Sequence record: NC_061442.1
Reading direction: 5' to 3' (one strand)
Length of the DNA: 64,000 nt
Shown: positions 56,406 to 64,000 of the stretch, piece after piece
How positions within the stretch are numbered: the first letter of the stretch is position 1
Layout: the number at the start of each line of letters is the position of its first letter
The notes under the pieces: model-generated
Databases searched by the model: none
The model's input: only the letters and a program-made list of their open reading frames with translations
What the model was told of the DNA's origin: nothing
Program-made: the position numbers and the translations under genes

Positions 56406-57665
56406 ATGTCAAACGCAAACAAAATTCTGCTTAACGCTCGTGTACGCCGTTTAGATGGGACCATTACTTACATCAACAAAGTGAACGCTAACGGCTATAG
56501 CACCGATGCGAAAGGCCCGCAGATTCCTGTGAAACGCATTGTGCTTGCAGGCAAAACGCTCAAAGAGATTGAAGCGCCGTTCGAGAGAGGCGAGTATATC
56601 ATTGTACAGGGCATTGCAGTGAAACTGAACAAGCGCCAGCAACGTGAACTTGCAGACAAGACGCTGGATGAGAAAGCGCTGCGTCCTGACTTCGGGCGTC
56701 TGGCGTTCATTGACCGCGACGACGGCAAAGCAACTGACGGTAAGAAAGTGAAGCCGAAAGCTGCGAAGAAAGAAGGCGGGTTGAAAGCGACTCGTAAGCA
56801 GAACGGCGATACACGCACAAAGAAAGAGCGTAAGGCAGAAGCTGCCGCCGCCGCTGAATCGCTCGACACAATCAAGTCAACTCCAGTTGATCGCAAGGGC
56901 GAACTGATAGCGACCATCGACGCGACCATTGAAGACGCGACAAGCAAAGAGCGCCGTAAGTTGTTGTCTGAATCGTTCGACATGGACTGGAAAGACATTA
57001 AGAAGCACGGCGGTAAGGGTGTCGTTAAACATCTGGGCCGTAAAGCTGCGCAATCTGCCGTAAGCAAAATGCGCGCGACTGTTACGCAGGACGCATTCAT
57101 TAAGCAGATGCCTGCTGAGTTGAAGCGCTTGATTCAAGATCGTCGGCTCGTACTGAACAAGCGCCAGATTGAAGCTGTGCTCTCTGCGCTTGGGCTTGAT
57201 GTGAAGTTCTATAACATCGCCATGCAGACGTTGCTTGGCAATCTGTCGCTGGCTGTAGACGACACGCTGGCTGACGACAAAGCAGATAAGAAAGTGAAGA
57301 AGCTGAAAAAGCATAAAGCCTCTAAGCCGCAGTATCTGTCAGAGAAAGACCAGCAACGTCGTATGAAGAAAATGAAAGTGAAGCTGCTGGCTCCTACTGA
57401 GAAAGGCATGAAGAAAGCCAAAGCGAAATTGAAGCAGGCGAAAGTTACGCTTGCCGACAAGCTGGGCATCTCGCCGAAAGAAATCAAACGCGGTCTGATT
57501 GCATACCGTCCTAACGGCGTTGATTACATGTTTGTTGCCAGTGATGCTCGCGGCCCAATCTTCATCGACAAAGACGGTGACCCGTGCGTGTATACTTACG
57601 AGAATCTCGAATCGACATTCGACTTCCGTCTGACTCAACCTTCTGAACTGGACGCTACTGTATGA
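56406..57665 (+). CDS. Lys-rich multidomain protein (basic paralog)
   Basis: GAGGA SD before ATG 56406; K-rich linkers. Confidence 0.82.
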   Translation: MSNANKILLNARVRRLDGTITYINKVNANGYSTDAKGPQIPVKRIVLAGKTLKEIEAPFERGEYIIVQGIAVKLNKRQQRELADKTLDEKALRPDFGRLAFIDRDDGKATDGKKVKPKAAKKEGGLKATRKQNGDTRTKKERKAEAAAAAESLDTIKSTPVDRKGELIATIDATIEDATSKERRKLLSESFDMDWKDIKKHGGKGVVKHLGRKAAQSAVSKMRATVTQDAFIKQMPAELKRLIQDRRLVLNKRQIEAVLSALGLDVKFYNIAMQTLLGNLSLAVDDTLADDKADKKVKKLKKHKASKPQYLSEKDQQRRMKKMKVKLLAPTEKGMKKAKAKLKQAKVTLADKLGISPKEIKRGLIAYRPNGVDYMFVASDARGPIFIDKDGDPCVYTYENLESTFDFRLTQPSELDATV

Positions 57666-58045
57666 CCAACAATGAGATCATCCTGACTGGTGTTTTCGCT
57701 CAACTGTATTCGCGGCTAGTAATGGCCGCTATACAGCGCGTCCATGTATACTACTCTGATCTCGCTCCTGTGGTGTTTGGTGTGCAGTTCACTCGCGTAG
57801 GGAAAGCGCAGTACAAAGCACTGGAGGCGCTCATTGCCGAGACGATGCGCCTCGATATTCAAAACGGCAGGCCACCACTTGCGGCCTTATACGTGTCACG
57901 CGCAAACGACACCAAGAAACCTACCCAGTCATTCTTCAATGAGTATCTCAAATTGACTGGCAAATATCTTTCTGACGATGAATGGTTGATGCTCGTTGAA
58001 CATGTGTGGAAACAATATACACCAGACCTTCGGGAGCCATCATGA
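57662..58045 (+). CDS. hypothetical protein
   Basis: ATGA overlap. Confidence 0.68.
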   Translation: MTNNEIILTGVFAQLYSRLVMAAIQRVHVYYSDLAPVVFGVQFTRVGKAQYKALEALIAETMRLDIQNGRPPLAALYVSRANDTKKPTQSFFNEYLKLTGKYLSDDEWLMLVEHVWKQYTPDLREPS

Positions 58046-58503
58046 AAAAGTCAAAAGTTGTAATCAGTCGCGGTGGGTATCGACCCGTCTCGCCGGAAGA
58101 GGCCAAGAAGTTGGTTGTTGAAATGCTGCTTGCTTCAATCGGCGTTAACCCAACGATTATGAGCCAGCAGATGTTGCTGAACATTGCGAACTACAATTAC
58201 CTCACGTCTATCGCAGACACGGGTAAGGCAAATACAGCGAACCAGATAGTTCTACATAAAACTGTAAAAGAACTTAATGCGTTCTGTAGATTGCACAAGA
58301 TTCCTCTGGGCTTACTAATTATGCCCCATACATCGGCGAGCGATTACTCCGGTGACGAGGTTGTAGCGATTCCCTGGGAGTCTGTGCGCAAGAATGCACC
58401 GAGCCAGTCCGCTGTCAACTCCCTGTTCCAAACAGTCGAAGCTGATGGCTATCCGCAGTTTGTGACTGATGCGAAAACAGTAGAGGACTACAATGTTTTA
58501 TGA
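58042..58503 (+). CDS. hypothetical protein
   Basis: GGGAG SD; ATGA overlap. Confidence 0.68.
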   Translation: MKKSKVVISRGGYRPVSPEEAKKLVVEMLLASIGVNPTIMSQQMLLNIANYNYLTSIADTGKANTANQIVLHKTVKELNAFCRLHKIPLGLLIMPHTSASDYSGDEVVAIPWESVRKNAPSQSAVNSLFQTVEADGYPQFVTDAKTVEDYNVL

Positions 58504-59773
58504 TCACGTATTCAGCCATGACGAGAAGCAACTTCTCTTGTCTGTAGCTGAGTCTAAATATCTGGTGCGGCTTGATTGCCCTGAGTATTTGAAGAAATCA
58601 AAACACTCGATTGAAATTCGTCATACAGTGACCAACCGTGGCGAACAACGTCGAAGCGGTGTTATCAATACAACGTTTGTACCGCGTATTCATGCCTCAA
58701 CTGTGCAGCGCCTGTTACGTGAGATTCGTGACAACGCAACTATCAGTTCGGCTAACAGCCTTGCCTCGTTATTTGAACTTGGGCTTGGCGTACCGAAGCA
58801 ACGTGATATCGCAACGTACTTGCACGACTACTCTCGGGAGAATGACAAGAAGGGCGTTGGTATCAAGTACATCCGCAAACTGATTAACGAGTATCACCGC
58901 AAGCACCGTCATAGTTTTGCTGGCAGTCGCTGGATGATGCCTGCTGCGTATACAGCGAACATGCTGAACATGCAGTCTTTCATTCATCTGAAAGAAAACG
59001 GCTACAGCAAGAAAGTGAAAGTGCCTGACGGTCTGCCTGTTGTTCTGATCTATCAGAATACGAATCACGCCGAAGCTGAGTTCTCTATGTGTGACGCCTT
59101 CGCTATTAGCCCTCTGGGTTATCCGATGCCGTTCGCCCAGATTGCGATGCGCCCTGAGTTCAAAGCTGCGCCGAAGACCTTTCAATCTAAAGCGCTGCGT
59201 GGGCAAGGCATGTATAGCATGATCATGGGTATCGTTCACTGGGACAAAGGTGACGCACTGACGAACATACGCGAACTGAACGCCATTGACGACGAGCCGT
59301 ACCTGACGTTGTTGTGTGACGAGCAATACGCAGATCGTCGTTCGCCTGAGTATCAGAAGCTGCTGGACAAACGTGCTGAGTTTGCTGAACAGCGGCATGA
59401 GTGGGCAGAAGTGATTGCGAAGTATGGCAACACAACTCGCACACTCAAGCCCAAGCAGTTAGAGCGACTGGAGCAGGCAGAGAACTTCTTCAAAGAACGC
59501 AAAACGTTTATGGACGAGTTTGATAAGTTCGAGAAGAAAGAGAACCATCAGGCTGCTAAGAAGTTTGCAGTAGCCAGTGCGAAGTTCGCTGCCGTTGATT
59601 GTGGAACTATTGCTGACCGTTCGACGTATATGTCAGTAGCGTCGGGCCTCGACAAAGTTAATAAGATTCTCACTAAGTGGGGATTCACCACGGTTGATAC
59701 TGTTAATAGTAGTTTGAAGAAGTCTATCCTTACATTCGACCCAACAACCGCTACTCGCGTGTGGTCACTGTAA
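58493..59773 (+). CDS. hypothetical protein (426 aa)
   Basis: GAGGA SD. Confidence 0.75.
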   Translation: MFYDHVFSHDEKQLLLSVAESKYLVRLDCPEYLKKSKHSIEIRHTVTNRGEQRRSGVINTTFVPRIHASTVQRLLREIRDNATISSANSLASLFELGLGVPKQRDIATYLHDYSRENDKKGVGIKYIRKLINEYHRKHRHSFAGSRWMMPAAYTANMLNMQSFIHLKENGYSKKVKVPDGLPVVLIYQNTNHAEAEFSMCDAFAISPLGYPMPFAQIAMRPEFKAAPKTFQSKALRGQGMYSMIMGIVHWDKGDALTNIRELNAIDDEPYLTLLCDEQYADRRSPEYQKLLDKRAEFAEQRHEWAEVIAKYGNTTRTLKPKQLERLEQAENFFKERKTFMDEFDKFEKKENHQAAKKFAVASAKFAAVDCGTIADRSTYMSVASGLDKVNKILTKWGFTTVDTVNSSLKKSILTFDPTTATRVWSL

Positions 59774-59797
59774 ACCTTTTATCTGAGGAGATAACGT

Positions 59798-62794
59798 ATG
59801 TCGGAAAATAACCTGGGCGCTGCTGCAACCTTCGGCTCTGAGACTCAAAAGCAATTAAACGACCAACAGCGTCGTGCGCATTCTGCTGAGTCCGGCCACG
59901 TAAACAAATGTACCATCGTCGTTCTTACTGCGCTTAACGCGCATGGTCGATTCTCTTACCTGACTGCTGACGAGCAACTGCGTGAGCGTTCAATCGAAGG
60001 TAAGGTGATGGACCGTCTGCCGGATCTGATTGGCCGTGCATCGGGTCCTTCTACTGATCCGAACAGCGCGTACCACATCCTGCATCCAAACAATGGCGTG
60101 CCTACTCGTATCGACGAGCGTATCAAAGTTGGCGAAGCGGATTCGGTCATCATTTCATATACTGTAAATAAAGCAGTGTCAGAGATGTATGGCAGTTTAT
60201 CGCTGGCGCTGTTTAGTGCTGGTGAAAGTGATATCGCTGATTTGGCGGCTGAGTATGGTATTCACTCCATCTCAATCGTCGAAGAGGCGAAAGCGCCTGA
60301 CTATATCAAAGCTCTTACTGAACAGGTAGAAGCTCTGAATATTGTAAATCTCACTAGCATTGATGAAGCTGACGGTGCTTTTGAGAAACCAGTAATCAAC
60401 TACAGCGCCCTGCCGGGTAATCCAATCAACGTACTGTCCGGCGCTGTGCGTACTTTCATTATGCAAACTCTAAACGGCGAAGTATTCGCTGCGATTCCAA
60501 ATAACGGAGAACTGAACGTGAAACAACCTACTAACGCAACGCCGGTCAATCTGGACGAAGACTTCGATTCAGAAGACGAAGTGGTTGATCAGCAGGGCGG
60601 CGAAAGCGACGACGAAGAAGTGACAGGCACTGACCTGTTCGGCTATAAAGCTGAAACACTGACCGTCGCGCAAATGACAGAAGCTCTTGAAGCTCTGTCC
60701 TACGATGTTAGCGCGATGGACGAAGCGGGCATCCGTGAGTCGTTCGAAACTGAACAGCAAATCTGGATGGAAGGTAACGACGCTGCCGAAGAAGACGGCG
60801 AAGAAGAAGATGCCGAAGACGAAGAAGAATCTGATGATGAAGATTCCGAATTCGATCCTTCTCTGTATCTGGGCCACCTGCTGTCTGCTGACCAGCTGGA
60901 CCGTTCTGCACTGAAAGTTCTGGTGCGTACTCAAGACCTCAAAGTCATGAAGTCCGACACCGAAGAAACGCTGACTGCGAAACTGCTCGAACTGGTCGAA
61001 GGTGCAACCGAGCAGGAAATGGCTGAACTGATTGACACCTTCGTAGGCGCGCTGCAAGAGCGTGAGATCGATTGTCCTAACCTGCTGGCCGCGCTGTCGT
61101 CTGACGAAGACGAAGAAGAAGACGCGGAAGAGTCAGAAGAAGAAGATGAAGAAGAATCTGAGGATGAAGAATCCGAAGATGAAGATGATTCTGATTCTGT
61201 GCAAGACCAGATCGATGCCGTTACTGACCCGCTCGACTACTTCCAGTTCGCTGGTGGTTCGCTGACTGCTGAACAGCGTGTTGCTGCTGTCGAAGCGATG
61301 GGCGAAGACGTTACCGGCTTGAACATCGTGCAGGTAATGAAAGCGTTCTCTCGCATTCAGGGTCAGACTAACGAAATCGACGTTGACGCAGAAGAAAGCG
61401 AAAGCAACGTTGCTGAACTCGAAGCGCTGCTGGGCCAGTACGACGATGCTACCGTGCAGCACGTCGCAGAAAGCCTGGGCGTTAACGTTGACGAATGCGA
61501 AACCGCAGAAGACATGATCGAAGCGATTGTCAATGGCGGTACCGAAGACCAGTTCGCTGCGGTTGAAGAAATCGCAACCAGCTACGGTGTTGACCTGTCA
61601 GAAGTTGCTGACGGCGAAGACCTGGACTTTGTTGACGCGGTTCTGTCTGTGCTGCCGTCCTTCCTGTCAGACGACGAGCAGGAAGAAGATGAAGAAGATG
61701 AAGAATCTGAGGAAGAAGAATCCGAAGACGGCGAAGAAGAAGATGAAGACGAGCAGGACTCTGAGATCGATTCTTCTGAAAACGAAAGCCTGAAATTCAT
61801 CAAGTCTGTTAACTCTGACAACGCCGTGGGCACTCTGCTGGCAGTCGATATGGATCAGACTGTAGTTATCAACTTTACTCTGACTGACGGCGATACCTAC
61901 AGCGCTGTTGAATCTGAGCTGGTCGATATCAATGGTTTCAACTACCGCTTCCCATTCAACCTGGGCAAAGCGTCTAAAGGTACTGCGCCGGGTTCAATGC
62001 TGCTGCCAGCTCAATCCCTGCTGGACATTGTTGAGCGCGTGAACACTACTCGCTTCCTTGCCGATCCGAAAACGTTCGACATTGGCGCATGGGCTGAAAG
62101 TCTGGAAGCAACGCTGGCAGAAGAAATTCCTGTCGCGCTGTATGCAGATCGTATTGAAGACGGCGTTGACCCAAGCGAAGCTGGTCTGGTTGTTGGTGAC
62201 TTCCTCGACGAAGAAGAACTGGAAGCCGCAACTGAGCTGGGTCACATCGACGCTGACGATGCCTCTGAACTGAACGGCGATCATCTGCCACTGGCAAGCC
62301 TGTATAACGCTCGCTCTCGCGTTCGCCCGGTTCGTGTAGACAGCGCTTACGTTGCACTGCACACCACAGTGATGAACGTCGCACTGCCTGGCTTCTGGAG
62401 CGAAGCACCTGTACAGCGCATGATTCAGGCGGCAGTTAACCGTGTCATCAATCTGGCTGAATCTGTTGAGAACGTTAAAGTGTATGCTGCGTTCACCATG
62501 GAGTCTGCTGCACTGCTGAACAACGGCCGTCTGTTTGAAGCGCTGGCAACTCTGCGTGAGTTTGAGCACGTCCAGTCTTACTCTGCTGCTGACGCTGCTA
62601 ACTTCGACGATGCCGAAGACGTGATCGAAGTAGCTGGTTCACTCGACACCCGTGACCTGCCGCTGTCTGTACTGGCTGGTGGTCTGGCTGGCGCATCGTT
62701 CGACAACGGCGGTGACCTGACCATTCTGGTTCCGTGCTTCACACAAGAAGAAGACGCGGACGAAGAAGAAGGCGACGACGGCGACGACGAATAA
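59798..62794 (+). CDS. 998-aa hyper-acidic protein with several two-helix modules
   Basis: GAGGAG SD; alternating E/D tracts and short helical repeats. Confidence 0.82.
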   Translation: MSENNLGAAATFGSETQKQLNDQQRRAHSAESGHVNKCTIVVLTALNAHGRFSYLTADEQLRERSIEGKVMDRLPDLIGRASGPSTDPNSAYHILHPNNGVPTRIDERIKVGEADSVIISYTVNKAVSEMYGSLSLALFSAGESDIADLAAEYGIHSISIVEEAKAPDYIKALTEQVEALNIVNLTSIDEADGAFEKPVINYSALPGNPINVLSGAVRTFIMQTLNGEVFAAIPNNGELNVKQPTNATPVNLDEDFDSEDEVVDQQGGESDDEEVTGTDLFGYKAETLTVAQMTEALEALSYDVSAMDEAGIRESFETEQQIWMEGNDAAEEDGEEEDAEDEEESDDEDSEFDPSLYLGHLLSADQLDRSALKVLVRTQDLKVMKSDTEETLTAKLLELVEGATEQEMAELIDTFVGALQEREIDCPNLLAALSSDEDEEEDAEESEEEDEEESEDEESEDEDDSDSVQDQIDAVTDPLDYFQFAGGSLTAEQRVAAVEAMGEDVTGLNIVQVMKAFSRIQGQTNEIDVDAEESESNVAELEALLGQYDDATVQHVAESLGVNVDECETAEDMIEAIVNGGTEDQFAAVEEIATSYGVDLSEVADGEDLDFVDAVLSVLPSFLSDDEQEEDEEDEESEEEESEDGEEEDEDEQDSEIDSSENESLKFIKSVNSDNAVGTLLAVDMDQTVVINFTLTDGDTYSAVESELVDINGFNYRFPFNLGKASKGTAPGSMLLPAQSLLDIVERVNTTRFLADPKTFDIGAWAESLEATLAEEIPVALYADRIEDGVDPSEAGLVVGDFLDEEELEAATELGHIDADDASELNGDHLPLASLYNARSRVRPVRVDSAYVALHTTVMNVALPGFWSEAPVQRMIQAAVNRVINLAESVENVKVYAAFTMESAALLNNGRLFEALATLREFEHVQSYSAADAANFDDAEDVIEVAGSLDTRDLPLSVLAGGLAGASFDNGGDLTILVPCFTQEEDADEEEGDDGDDE

Positions 62795-62850
62795 TATCGT
62801 CTAAACGAGTGGCTCGAAAGGGCCACTCACTTTCTTGGGGATCTGTAAAC

Positions 62851-63672
62851 ATGACACAAGAAGTAGACCACGGCGCAAACATCATTAAGATGGTAAGTGA
62901 CCGTGACGCTAAAATCCGTGAACTATCTGCTGACCTGACAGTGACTTCTGGAGGCAAAGCAGACGTGGAAGCGGAACTGCGTGAACTGTCTCTCGATCAT
63001 CTGGCACTCAAAATCAAGATGCGTAGCCGTGAGCGCGAACACGCCTCGGAGATTGCGCTGCGTGATGAACGCATTAAAGAAGTTGTTGGGTTCTGCAACG
63101 AACAAACAGTTGAAGTGAAGAACATCCGTGCTGAACTCGAATCTGTAAAACAAAAGAGTGAACCGGCTGCTGCACTGCCATTCGTTCTGCAATTGATAAT
63201 GTCTGCTGGTGTCGCGCACTACCATGCGATTATCGCACAATGCGCTATCGCTACTGTCAACAAAGCAACAAATAAAGTTGCCCGTGAACTGCGCGAAATT
63301 TATGATATTGATAATGTAGTGAAGCATCCTTCACTCTATCGTGTCGCTGTCCGACTGTGTACTCAGCTCGGTGTTTCGCCACCATCTCGCACCGAACTAT
63401 CGGCCGAGATTAAAGAGTATGTGGCCCAGAACATCGACCTGTACGTGAAAGACCCGCAGTACGCTACATCTGAATCCGCCTTGCGCCAGATTATCGCGGC
63501 GAAAAACAATGCCGCACATTATGGCTCTTATGGCCGTGACGTGTGCCGAATGTTCGACTGGCTCCCTGCACTAGCTGCTGGCCTGGACGACATTGAAGAT
63601 GACTACAACGATTTGGTGGAACAATCTGTCTATCAAGTCTGTCGTAATCTGATTAACGATAGCTTTTCATAA
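62851..63672 (+). CDS. coiled-coil protein
   Basis: Heptad-like N-terminal half; start uncertain (62851 or 62890). Confidence 0.7.
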   Translation: MTQEVDHGANIIKMVSDRDAKIRELSADLTVTSGGKADVEAELRELSLDHLALKIKMRSREREHASEIALRDERIKEVVGFCNEQTVEVKNIRAELESVKQKSEPAAALPFVLQLIMSAGVAHYHAIIAQCAIATVNKATNKVARELREIYDIDNVVKHPSLYRVAVRLCTQLGVSPPSRTELSAEIKEYVAQNIDLYVKDPQYATSESALRQIIAAKNNAAHYGSYGRDVCRMFDWLPALAAGLDDIEDDYNDLVEQSVYQVCRNLINDSFS

Positions 63673-63765
63673 TCTGTAAAAGTTACCTGTAATCGAATCT
63701 GTAAACACTAATTGAAGTTCGAACCGAGCGACAAGCTCACACTTATAAAATCCCGGAGCATTACA

Positions 63766-64000
63766 ATGGCTAAAGCAATTAAGTCCTCTAACCTGTCACC
63801 TACCCTGATCTCTCGTATTCAGAAAAAGTCTGGCTCCATCGGTACTTCTAAAGCTAAGCCTTCTGAACTGCCGCACGACATTCTGATCGAAACGGTGCAG
63901 GCTGTTGAGCTGATTGGCTTCATTACTGACCGCACCGAAAACAGCGTCACCATTCGTCACAAACGTGGTCATGGTTCTTCTGCGCAAGTTGTTTCTACCT
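63766..64000 (+). CDS. hypothetical protein, truncated by the window end
   Basis: GGAG SD; MAKAIKSSNLSPTLISRIQKKSG... open to base 64000; not in the ORF track. Confidence 0.72.
   Translation, partial: MAKAIKSSNLSPTLISRIQKKSGSIGTSKAKPSELPHDILIETVQAVELIGFITDRTENSVTIRHKRGHGSSAQVVST

Overview
This is a 64-kb segment of a large lytic tailed phage (jumbo myovirus-like, roughly 50% GC). About 100 tightly packed genes lie on the + strand, plus one minus-strand gene at the left edge: a DnaG-type primase (1-978) that is missing from the ORF track. The left 13 kb is a replication/transcription core: Cas4-like exonuclease, SWIM-finger protein, sigma70-like factor, gp32-like SSB and an intein-split RecA/UvsX. 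The middle (about 13-53 kb) is an accessory/early region of small genes, including an AcrVA2/FinQ-like protein, a NADAR-like protein, Tpt1/KptA, a radical SAM enzyme, TraR/YbiI, UvsE, dUTPase, a lytic transglycosylase and an HD hydrolase. An Acb1-like 2H phosphoesterase sits inside the core. The right end (53.8-62.8 kb) encodes very large acidic or basic low-complexity proteins. The close YbiI homolog suggests an enterobacterial host. Gene content recalls the Erwinia Y3 / Dickeya JA11-type jumbo phages, but that placement is an unverified inference. Main observations: (1) Acb1-like and AcrVA2-like anti-defence candidates; (2) a 10-copy promoter with a 19-bp upstream box at fixed spacing from an extended -10 and no -35; (3) 11 ribosome-binding sites whose GAGG/AAGG sits in a hairpin tetraloop with covarying stems; (4) a CTGTAAAY motif that could be read by the phage sigma factor, which appears to lack region 4.2; (5) a tandem paralog pair of opposite charge, plus a helix-extension-helix module shared by several acidic proteins, possibly a phage nucleoid or condensate scaffold. 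No tRNA, rRNA or CRISPR array was found.
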